Positions 52,443 to 64,000 of a stretch of 64,000 bases of DNA are shown piece after piece. The notes beneath the pieces were generated by a model that was not told where the DNA came from, ran no database searches, and saw only the letters and a program-made list of their open reading frames with translations. Origin of the DNA: Octopus bimaculoides. Its lineage: Eukaryota. The DNA lies in contig NC_068998.1 of NCBI RefSeq assembly GCF_001194135.2, positions 7,260,562 to 7,324,561 on the forward strand. The letters run 5' to 3'. Positions within the stretch are counted from its first letter, which is position 1; each line of letters starts with the position of its first letter. A program made the position numbers and the translations under genes.

Positions 52443-54781
52443 AATATATATGTATGTGTGTATATATATATATAATACATTGTGTACTGCTTTCGAAATC
52501 TACCTGGCTTCTGTTACGCAATTCAGTTTAGTAATTTCTGTGATTGCCTTTGTTGTGATGTTATCCATTCAACATGGCCTCTCAATTGAGATAGCTGATT
52601 CCGATCACATGCAATGTCGTCGTTTTCATATTTCTACTCTCAGAAACAAACAAGCAAGCGAACAAACATTCTTTTGTAACACTGTGGGGTTATAACTATA
52701 GCACTAAAAGAAAGCATGTTGGGGTGGTTAACAAATATAATTGTTATCAAACTGGCGCAACTGATTCCCACGACATAACAATCTCCAGTGACAATATATT
52801 CAGGGTTGGTAAATAAAAGAAAATGTCGGTAATGTCCCGCAGTCGTTTTAACTGAGTATACTTCAGCTCATAACAATAGCAATCCTGCGAATCTCTGAAA
52901 GAAATCAATATCTCACACTTTAGACGTAATTATTTCATAAATCTCACGCCACAACGCAGCACCGTTACTCCATCAAAGGACTTTCACACCAACATTGAGC
53001 TAATATGTTGTATAGCATTTTAGTGAAATCTCGGCACATTTTAAATTTAACAGCAGTACCTGTTGTATGCGGAGAAGTCTTGATGTAAACTGTTAAGATC
53101 GATGTTAGGCGAGGGAGGAAGAAGCAAGCGAGAATAAGCCATTATTTGCAATGCAAATCTGCATTTAACTAATAATCAATATAATTCATGTGTTCACTCT
53201 CTAAAACATCTACGCGGGCAGAGAAAATAATGAAAGAGGAACTAAGAATAAAAAGAAAAGAAACGGGAAGCGTAGTGAGAGAGAGAGAGAGAGGGAGAGG
53301 GGAGGAGGAGAAAGAGATGTAGAAAGAAAATTGTAACTCAGTAAGAAAAATAAATAAGATCAGAGATGAAACGAAAAATGCATACGCATATGATATATAG
53401 GCACACGCACATACATAATTCGATAACGATACATGCATACACACACAGAAATATAATAATGTAATACAACGTTCAGACACACACACACATATATATATAT
53501 GTGTGTGTATGTAGGTGTGTGTATTATTTATATAAATATGTATATCTGTGTGTTTTGTGTATATGTAAAGGTATTTCTTATGTATGTATTATTGAACTCT
53601 GTCAGAACTAACATTTGTTTGTCTTTATTCACGGTATACAACAAAAATGTTCTCTATAAATAAGTAGAAAAAATAAGTTCCAAGTCATCTCGAAGAGGAG
53701 GAACTATATTGTGAAATCACCGTGTGAAAGTATTTTAATAGGAAATAAACATTTCTTTTATACACACTGTTTCAAACGTACAGATTACACCATCATAACA
53801 TTTTAATTATGATATCTATAATTTGAAATACGCCATCAAAAACTGGAAAGAAAAAAGAGAAGTGAAAGAGAAAGAGAAAAAGAAAAACACTTGTAATCTT
53901 GAAATATATGTGTGATAACGAACAGAAACCAGCTTCAGGCTTCTCTTTGTTTTCTCTTGTAAATATGCGTAAGAAAATCGAACACACTTGATGTGGAACC
54001 AACAGCGATATTCATTCTGTTAGCTCGAGGATACTTTTGTAAGATTCGTTCTAACTGTTGCTGGTATAATAAAAGAAGAGAAGCGAAGACAAAATAAAAA
54101 CAGATATAGACGAAATATGAAATGAAAACTGGCTTTGGTTTTTATAACACACTGGTGTATAATATATTGTGTTAAACTTTAGCAATTATTAAATATATTG
54201 GATTGCATGTGTGGTGAAGTGAAGAAAACTGTCTGTAGAAATGAAATTTGTATGAATGTTATATGAAGTGAATGTTATTAGTGAATAAAACTGGAAGCGG
54301 TTTACAGACTTGGTTATATCAAAGGCTTCGTTTCACTTGTCGCACTAAGAATGCCGCAGCCTAGATGTTAAAATAATTGACAGTTTTTGCTTTTCAGATT
54401 CTACAAATTTTCTTCTAAATGGTAAACTTCAAACAACTTCCCAGCTAAAGTTAGTGGAATTGTTATTACAATGAATCGTCATTATTATTCTAATATCAAT
54501 GTTTATTATACGATTACACAAAACCAAAGTAATCCTAATAAATCCTTAAGCGGCTCAAACGATAAATTGGGTAGAGACCACAAATTTATACCCTACAACC
54601 ATAACCAATGAAGCAGTGGAGTTTTTGAGGAATTCTTCACAAAAGATAGTTAACTTCTGATGTATTTTCAATATCAACATAACAAAAGTCCCAAATTATT
54701 TATTAATGTTATATATCCGCTTTCTACATTGTATATATTGTATCGACTAGACTGTCGGATGTTATAATACACTGCAAGTTA

Positions 54782-54990
54782 GGGCAGCGAGCTGGCAAAA
54801 GCGTTAGCACGCCGGGCGAAATGCTTAGCGGTATTTCGTCTACCGTTACGTTCTGAGTTCAAATTCCGCCGAGGTCGACTTTGCCTTTTATACTTTCGGG
54901 ATCGATAAATTAAGTACCAGTTACGCACTGGAGTCGATGTAATTGACTTAATCCCCTTGTCTGTCCTTGTTTTTCCCCTCTATGTTGCTC
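54782..54990 (+). mobile_element. Family B SINE (tail type 1)
   Basis: Near-identical to the reverse complement of 11700-11918. Confidence 0.92.
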
Positions 54991-56904
54991 CAGTCACTCT
55001 GGTTGTAAAAGTGAGTAATCTTGCGATAGATCGGCGTCACATTCTGGGAAGAATAAATATATCGGACATGGGGCAATGTGGACTAAACCAGGGAGGAAGA
55101 TGGAGCTAAAGTAACGGTAAGAGCAGAATTTTTCCACTACAAGATCGAGTTGTTAATGCGGTGTGGAAACTTGTGTACATGAATAGTCTTGAGGGCTGCG
55201 CCAGCGGAGCACAAGATCCTGGCAGAGCCACCCATGCTGGATAAGTCAAAGATTTCCATCAGGAAAACGCAACATACGCGATTCAGTAAAATTTGAAAGA
55301 AAAATAGTTGGAGACGAGATACTGAGTTAAAGCGGACAAGTAAGGATCCAACAGGAGAAAAGCAGAAAAGACACCCCAGAGTCAAGGAAAATGGAGAAAA
55401 GTCGTCGATGCAGTCTGCTCCAAACATAGAAAGAGAAGGGGTTAAGCAGCAACAGGAGAATTTGAACTCCGGTAGACTATCGAACAAATTTTATTAGCAG
55501 ATTACTTCTCAGAAGCTTTGAATTCGACCAGAGTGAACTTAACGAAAATAGACAGAAGACGGAAGACAAAATGATTTGTGTAATGTGACAAGATACTAAT
55601 GGATATAAAAGACAAAAAGAGATAGCTCTGTGAGAATGAGAATATTGAAAATGAACCAGGTGAGAAATAAATTCCATAATTACATACAGCGCACAGTGTT
55701 TGTAAAAGAAGATAGTAAATGTCATTTGAGAATAATTGAAAATAGATGGCAATATTTAACTAAGTTAAGCCAATGTATCTTACTTTGAGATCTTCTTTTT
55801 ATTCGTGGGTCTAACAATAATCGGTTGTCCTCTTACCACCCCCTTTAATACATGTACATTTGTGTGTGGGTGTGTATGTAAGCGGCATTGTATATGACTA
55901 TCAATGCCCGAGTACGAGTGACTCGAAAGGAAGGAATATATATGTGTATGTGTCAGAGAGGGAGAGAGAGTATTTGTTGATGAGAGAGCAACAACGTGTT
56001 TGTGTAAAAGAGGGTCAGATAGACAGTGTGTGTATATGTGTGTGTAAGCAGAGATAGAGAGAGGAATATAGAGATTGATGAGGGAATGTTGTATGCATGT
56101 GTATGGCATGTAAGAAAAAAGGAATATCTCTGTCCATGTGTATGTGTTTACCTGGATAGGAGTTTATGTTTTCGTGTATGAGTATGTATGTGTGTGTGTG
56201 TGTGTGTGTGTGTGCGTATGACGTGTGAGGAAAAGAATATGAGAGAATATGAGCTTGTGTCTGCATGTGTGTAGCATGTGTAAAAGGGAGAGAGTGAGAG
56301 AGAGAATGTATGTGTGTGTACGTGTGTGTAATTTTAGTGTGTATGTGAGAAAGAAAACAGGACGGAGACTATGTAACAATGTGTGCAGATTAGATTTAGC
56401 TCATTTGTCATAACCAGCTGACTTTTTGCCTTTTATCAATTTATGCAATTTAAGTTCTATCAAAACGATAAGAGAATACAAAGCAAAAAACAAAACAAAA
56501 AAAAACAAAAACAAAACACAAAACAGAATCAGCAAAGACGTTACTCTTGCGAGAAGGAAATAGCTACATTGTCTTAGAAAAGATCAAAATAAAGATTTTA
56601 AATTTTACCTATCACACTGACTACGAAATAGAAAATTTTTATATCTGAAGGTACTTTTAACACTTTCATTACCTTTAGTCCAGGAATAGGAAATCTGTCA
56701 CTTTGTAAAAATCGAAAATGAAAACGGTGAGGTTTGAAAAACGTAGGAAAGCGAATGAGAAGAAAGTTAAAAAGAGAAGCTCTTGTTAGCACCAGATCTT
56801 GTGTTCGAGACATTAGACACAATACAGTTCTGTATTTGAGAGATGAGGAATTATGTAAATTATTTACATTATTTACATTTGACGGATATTTGTCCTCATC
56901 TTAT

Positions 56905-56955
56905 TTGTTGCTGACGTTTCGGCTGATATACCCTCCAGCCTTCATCAGATGTCTT
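56905..56955 (-). ncRNA. Minimal hammerhead ribozyme motif (core intact, stem I weakened)
   Basis: Minus strand AAGACAT-CTGATGA-A-GGCTG-GAGGGTATAT-CAGCC-GAAAC-GTC-AGCAAC: CUGAUGA box, 5-bp stem II, GAAA box, loopless ACGU stem III, GUC triplet. Confidence 0.65.
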
Positions 56956-57003
56956 GGGGAAATTTCGAACCTGGGTTCTCATTCCTAAGATATTTTACGA
57001 TGT

Positions 57004-57065
<62 letters not shown>

Positions 57066-57124
57066 CAACAGCAACATCAAAAACATACCTTAGGAATGAG
57101 AACCCAAGTTCGAAATTTATCCAA

Positions 57125-57170
57125 AAGACCTAATGAAGACTGGAGGGTATATCAGCCGAAACGTTGTGTT
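57125..57170 (+). ncRNA. Degenerate second hammerhead motif (core mutated)
   Basis: AAGAC-CTAATGA-A-GACTG-GAGGGTATAT-CAGCC-GAAAC-GTT-GTGTT; G5 changed to A and one stem II mismatch. Confidence 0.5.
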
Positions 57171-59064
57171 AACAACAAACAAGATGAGGACAAATATCCG
57201 TCAAATGTAAATAATTTAAATTAGACTCAATATTGCTATTGTTATACAGTAATCTCTCGACTATCGCGAGTGTTACGTTCCAAAACCTCCAACATATTTT
57301 TTTAATTTCCCAACAGAATTTGAGAAGGACGATATTACTAGGACATTCAATGAACATAGCCAACGGTAGTGGTAGGCTAGTGATGGTGCTAAATGGCTGG
57401 TGTGATGTAGAATAAGAATAAATAATGTATATGAAGAGCTGAGGTGCGTAAATATAGAAATCAGAAGTGGATAGCAACAGCAAAAGCAAAAGGAAAAAAA
57501 TACAGGAAAAGAAAGGCTATATTTAAAAAAAAAAACTGGAAGTCTAGGAAGAAGCTATAAGAAGACGCAGAAAAAGCTGAAGAAACTGGAATAAGATGTT
57601 GGTAAAAGGATATACAAGAAACAGTAAGACGGTAACAAAAGATGGGAGATAGAAGAGAAGCAACTGCAAGTAACGATGAAAGAACAAGGGAAAGTAAGAG
57701 AAGTAGAAGAACCATGAATGTCAAATATATATTTACACCACTGAACATAGACTTAACTCTGTTAACAATCATGTGGCTACTAATTTAAGAAGCTGTCTGC
57801 ATCTTTTAAAGAAAATCGCAGTAAATAGCGCTAAATTTTAACTTTTATTGCAAAATTTTGTTTTCTTTATTAATTTAGTGCATTGTTTTCTACTTCGAAT
57901 AGTTCTGATATAGTGTTCTATCAATTGAAAGTATTCAATCTAGGAAGTAATCTACTTTGAAAACGTAGAACTTTTGAGAAGATCTGAAATAAATTATTTC
58001 AACGGTGAATCTCGAAATAGATACGGCTATAAATATTAACAGGTAATATGTAGTTTTTATTTTTCTTAAAAACCAAAAAAGCTCTTGACCGAAAATAAAA
58101 GGCCAGAGGTTATCTGCAGGACACGAAACCGCATCACAGACACCGTAAATAGTTTCAGCTGATACTGGTATTTTAAATAATATCATATGATCTGTGTGGT
58201 TTTAATTTCTACTTTAAATTATTTCCCAGGATAGTTGCTTCCTATTTTGAATAATTTAATCGTATAGATATACCGCTTATGCAAAGACAGTTAAGGTGAA
58301 AAAGAAATCACCGATTTCATAGTTTTATCAAAATTATTCTAAATTCTGAACTGTTCTTTCTAAGTAATGGCTGAAGAACAAGGAAAAGTAGTAACACCTG
58401 AAGAACCATGAATGTCAAATATATATTTACACCACTGAACATAGATCTAACTCTGTTTAACAATCATGAGATTGCTAATTTAAGTAGCTGTCTGTGTCTA
58501 TTAAAGGAAATCACATTAAATTCTACTAAATTTTAACTTTTATTGCTGAATTTTGTTTTATTTATTAATTCAGTGTACTGTTTTCTGCTTTGAATCTTTC
58601 CACCTGATAGATAATTTCTGCTTTGAATAACATCAACTGAGAGATACGCTGCTCAATCAAAAACAGTTAAGGTAAGAGCAGCTCAGCTACTGATTTAACA
58701 GTTCTATTAAATTTGGCTTTAAATTCTGAACTACGCTTCTTATCGAGTTTTATATTTTTTGTCACAATAATTGTTGGTGTTGTAGTCTAGATTCCTTATG
58801 TACAGACTTGTAATCAAAAGCATCTCAAACACGAAACAACTGAAATGAAAAAAAAACAAAGAAAGAAATATATAGACAAGTTCTTTTGCTTGCTTTCTTT
58901 TTAAGCGGACGTGTCAAAAACTACATGCTCTAAAATACGACCTTCCAATTTATAAAGACGGAAGAGAAATAATTCGGCTGCTTTTCTCTCAGTCTGGACA
59001 AATACTCAGGTATTCTTTTGTTGACTTTAGTTTCATTGCCGTTATTGTGAGTCTCTCATTGGGG

Positions 59065-60040
59065 AGACGAGTAGATGACAGAGTCGGTAGAGCGCCGTGA
59101 AAAATGCTATGCGGCATTTGTTCTGATCTGAGTTCAAATCCTACCGAAGTCAACTCTCCTTTTCATCCTTTCGGGTTTGATAAATGTAAGTGCCAGTTGA
59201 GTACTGAGAGGGGCAGGATTTCTTCTTCTCCTCAAGATTACTGGCCTTGTGACAAAAATTAGGAGTGGCTGCGTGGCACCTTGGGCATGTGCCATCTACT
59301 TTAGCCTCGAGTCGACCAAAGCCTTGTGAAGGGATTTGGTAGACGGAAACTGAAAGAAGCCTGTCGTATATATGTATGTATGTATGCATTTGTGTGTTTG
59401 TGTTTGTCACCCCACCATCGCTTGACAACCTATGTTGATGTGTTTACGTCCCCGTAACTTAGCGGTTCGGCAAAAGAGACCGATAGAATAAGTACTAGGC
59501 TTACAAAAAAATAAGTCCTGGAGTCGATTTGTTTGACTAAAGGTGGTGCTCCAGCATGGCCGCAGTCAAATAACTGAAGCAAGTAAAAGAATAAAATCCT
59601 TTCTATGATAAGCCCAAGGCCTGAAATCTTAGGGGGGGGGGAATAGTTGGTCACATCGATCTCAGTACTTGACTGGTACTTATTTTATTGATCCCAAAAG
59701 GATGAAAGTCAAAATCGACCTCGGAGGAATTTGAACCCAGATCGTAAAGACGGACGAAATGCCGCTAAGCATTTTGTCCGACGTTGCTAACGATTCTGCC
59801 AGTTTGCTGCCTTAGTATTGTTAAATATCAGAAATCCTTTTGACCCTCTCTGGCGGATTGGTAAAATGGTTAGAGCGTCTGAAAGAAAAACAAAACTGCT
59901 TTGTGGGTTTTTTTCTGGTTCTCATATTCTGAATTCAAATCCAGCCATGGTCAAATTTGCCCTTCACCATTTCAGGGACGTATCACACAAGCACAGGTGC
60001 CGACGGTATGAACTTATCTGCTCCCCACAAAAATGGTAGT
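59065..60040. mobile_element. SINE cluster: B (+) 59065-59260, C (+) 59261-59590 with head deletion, B (-) 59600-59814, decayed B (+) 59845-60040
   Basis: Alignment to the other copies in this window. Confidence 0.85.
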
Positions 60041-63000
60041 CTTGCTCTTTTATTTGAAGCTATTTCCATGATTCCCTTCCATCAAAACAGATAGAAGCTT
60101 CAACACTGGGTGTATAAGATAGAATATTTAAAAACAATAAGGTTTTCAGTCCATTTCAATCTATTGATCATACCTTTAGGCATGGAAACGTCTTTAATAT
60201 TTATACCCTTCCCTGCATTTCAAACGGTTTCCTCTCCGATCATCATTAGAAGTCTTTGTGTTAAATCTGTTTACCGGACTAGATTCGAACTAGCAATCTT
60301 TGTTTATTCATTTTTCCTTAAGTGTGAAATATTTTAATAAGAGATTTAGTGTGTTTATCTTAATTAGTGTTCTGATTTATTCTAATAACACTTGCTCAAT
60401 GATGCATTTTAAAATTTCTGGAATGCATTATTTATATCTAAATTAGTGAGTGTTTACTGCTCTTAATTATAATTAAGTAGTCATTTTTAAAATTTGCCAA
60501 TTAATAATTTAGAAGAGAGAAATTAACATCTGTACTTTGCACATAAAAATTTCGAGTGCAAAATGACCATTCGTTTAAACAATACAATGCCATTTTAGGG
60601 GTAGATGAATCACGGAAAAACTTGTATTTAAGCTGAAACTCATCGTTCACTTTAAAAAAACACTTATCATTTTTCTTTTATTTTATATTTTTTTCAATCG
60701 TTAGACTACGGCCGTACTGGGGCATCACTTTGAAGAATTCTAGTCGGATCTTTTCCCTTTGAACGGCAGATTGAGAAATTAATTTTTTGTAACTAAACAC
60801 ATTGAAACTCCGGACACTGGTAGAATGTATCATATAAAACATATTTTACTCTTAGTGTTGTTGAAAAAAGTTTCTATTTTCAAAGTTATTTCGTGTTAAA
60901 GTTGTCGTATTTCGGTAATTTCAACCAATCAATGACGTGTATTCAGCTGAATAAAATTACTGCCGTTGTTTGTCAACAACAACTTCCGGCGGGAAGTCAC
61001 GCTTGTGCTCATACTGATAAATATCACAAAAAAAATTACAATAATGTAGTAAAGAAACATAGGAGCAAATTAAAATATCATGTTTGACAAAGCATAACTA
61101 GTATATAGACGAAGAAAGATATAAAATTAATCACTGAAGGACGCCCTCTGCATAAAAAGAAGAATAGTCATGAGTGCGCTGGGTGTGATATAACTATCTT
61201 ATTGCTAACGTTGCCTTCTTTGACAACTTTTTAGTAAATAATATGTTGGTTGTCTTTATTTTTTGTGTATTCACTGTATTGTATTGAACAAAATGATTAT
61301 GCGGCCCGCGCTCGTCATTCTCTCAGTGAACTGGCCCACCGTGACTATAGATTTACTTTCGTCTGCGTTTTGTTTCAGTTATTCCTGTTTAATGCTTCTC
61401 TCTTCAAAATGCTTCGATGCACTGAGTATATTTCATGTATTCTTTTTTTTTTTTTTCAGGGGAGATTTATCGACGGTTTAACGACAGACCTTATTATCAA
61501 GGAGAATAATAATGTCTTGTTAAGGTGATTAATCTTTTTTCATATGTCAGTTTATATAATTATTACCTCTTTAAAAGTCTACTTCACTCCACCTAATTAT
61601 ATTTAACTTCCTTACCAATATACGTATGTGTAAGTCAGCTAATTCAGTTGCTTAATCCACTTAATTCCTTTGTTCCCCACCGTAGTCTCACATTAACTGC
61701 GCTCAACATTTCTCTTAATAAAAATTTTCACAACCAATGTAACACAATTAGATTATTGCTTACCACTAGTCTTCGAATATAAATGGCAGTGTCTCCCTCT
61801 CTCTGTTTGTTCACCCCACTGACAAGCACATCAAAAGGAACTAGTTGCTATGATATTTCTGCTTTCTCTGCATTTCGTTAAATTTGATTTGCAAGTACAT
61901 CTTTTCCTAGAGCATAATACCCCATAAGTTAGCTGCCTCAGAATCCTCTTGTGCCCCATACGAACTGCCTGAACTTCACAACTCAATCTGTTTTATGCCT
62001 AGAATATTTGCTAACTTCAGAACATCAAAATCATTTTTGTAGTCTCTTTAGTAATATTGGGAAGAAACTTTTGTCGAAAATTCTCCAACCGTTTACCATA
62101 GTTTCAATATAATACATTATGTATAATGTCTATGTTTCACAGACATACAACAAAACGGACAAAATACCTGCTCCGAAAATAGATATTTCAGCGCCATTTA
62201 TTTTATATATATCATTGAAACCAAAGCACAAATTTTAAGTTTTCAAAAGCAATCCATACATACCTCTTGTGTTCTTTTTCTAATTTTGTTATCAAAGATT
62301 GCATCTCTGTTCAACAGGCTGCTGTCATGATACATGAAAGATGGTAAGTTTATCAGTTTTAACATATACCAACAGGTTCGGACCAACCACAGGCTTTACA
62401 ACACACACACAAAAGAGAGACAGAGAGAGATGTGTGTACGTAAACATATATATATTTGAATATGTATGTAATATATGTGCGCGTGCGCGTGAATAATAAA
62501 TTTTTGGAATAAATAAAAACTGACTTGTTTCACTTTTAAGTGATGTCATTTCCAGATGTAATGGAAAATTCCAAACAAGATACACACAATTTTTGAAATA
62601 TCTTTTAGAAGAGAGATAATGAATACAAAATTGCTTTCAGTATTAAAAAAAAGAAATAGTTTTTAGTAAAGTATCAGGCAATTATATTTTACCAGATCAG
62701 ATCCAAAACTGCATTATGAATGGCAATTGAATAAAGAGAACATCTTAAAATCTGACTTAGAATTTATTTAACTTGCCTTTTAAAGGAGAATAAGATACTT
62801 ATATTCTGTGTCTTCCATATACATATTTGTATAGATTGACTCTCTTTCTCTGTGTGTCTGTGTGCGCGCGCGCGCGTGCGCGTGTGTGTGTGTGTGTGTG
62901 TGTGTCTGTGTGTGTACAGTATTACTTTGTGAATATAATTATATTTTGTCAGGTCTCTCTGGAAAGCTTTGTGAATTTTGTAAAGTGTGTTTTAAAATAT

Positions 63001-63963
63001 ATATGGCATTAACATGTGTGCATATATGCGTGTACACACGAGTGCGTACGCACATCATAATTTATTTCCAACATCTATTTCATCTCCGTTTTTTTTTTTA
63101 TTATTATTTAGTTTACATCAAATTTTCAAATAGATTGTCTCTCCATGTTTCTCATCTATGTCACCTGCTTTCGTGAGTCTTACATTAATTTTTTATGAGC
63201 TTATAATTATATTTTTCATATTTCTTCATTTTTGAAATCTTGTTGACAATATTTCTACTCATATTCTTATAAATCCCTTTTCGGAGACATGTAGCAATTT
63301 AATCCAGTATCTTTAGTTTATTTGACAGACTAGCTGTTTTAACTACTGGCCGTTTGTCAACGAGAACAACAGCGTTGTCATTTTTAAGATTAATAAATAT
63401 TTGTGGTAATTAGTTATTCTTTCTTCAAAGGTCTACATCGTTCCAAATCAGCTGTACTTGATTTCAACACAAGTTCCAGTGTAAATCATCTCTTCTGTTA
63501 TTTGATCATCTTGATTCTATTCTTCTCTGCTATTTCTCTCCTTAATTGCGCTAAGCATTTTGTTTATAACTTATCACACTAATGTAGCACAAATTATGAC
63601 TAGTTTACTAATATAATTGGCAGTGTCTCCTTCTCTCTGTATGTCCGTCTCAGTGACATGTATATCAAAGGCAAAAAAGTGCTCTGATACTTTCACTATC
63701 TCTGTATTTCGTTAAACACCTGACACGTCGTTTCGTTAGCTGGAGACAGAGTAAAAGTGTACGAGGGTGTACCGAAAGTGACGCAAATGTGAGCATAAGG
63801 TTTTGTTAATTAAATGACAAAGGCCGCCTAAATTAACTGTGTTGGTATCTAAATATTTCAGTTCATTCTTATCAGCTAAATTTAATAATTATAGATCATC
63901 CCTTCCCATCTATATATCTATGTATAAATATATGTATCTATCTGTATGTCTGACTGTCTGTCT

Positions 63964-64000
<37 letters not shown>

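Larger units (their letters stand above)
56860..57215. repeat. Long inverted repeat (arms ~56860-57006 and ~57070-57215, (TAA)n spacer) made of two retroelement-like 3' ends
   Basis: The left arm ATTTACATTTGACGGATATTTGTCCTCATC...GGGTTCTCATTCCTAAG is the reverse complement of the right arm CTTAGGAATGAGAACCC...GATGAGGACAAATATCCGTCAAATGTAAAT. Confidence 0.93.

Overview
AT-rich, microsatellite-dense eukaryotic genomic DNA with many N gaps. The repeat landscape and a mollusc-type 5S rRNA sequence suggest an octopus (coleoid cephalopod); this is inference. I found no convincing intact host protein-coding gene, and most listed ORFs are microsatellite or gap artefacts. The window looks like intergenic or long-intron DNA. 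It holds about 30 copies or fragments of tRNA-derived SINEs from four recognisable families (called A-D here). It also holds decayed transposase relics (Tc1/mariner DD37D-like, hAT/hATm-like, mariner), a Tx1/L1-clade reverse transcriptase fragment, several MITEs and a Helentron-associated (HINE/DINE-like) end. Two structures stand out. (1) A composite at 11672-12096: SINE head + near-complete 5S rRNA + full SINE, flanked by an 11-bp target-site duplication and joined through a GCTTA(N)CGG microhomology. (2) A ~350-bp inverted repeat at 56860-57215 whose two arms each carry a minimal hammerhead-ribozyme motif of the Penelope type; the arms have complementary defects. A canonically spaced TATA/Inr candidate promoter lies at 48656-48690.
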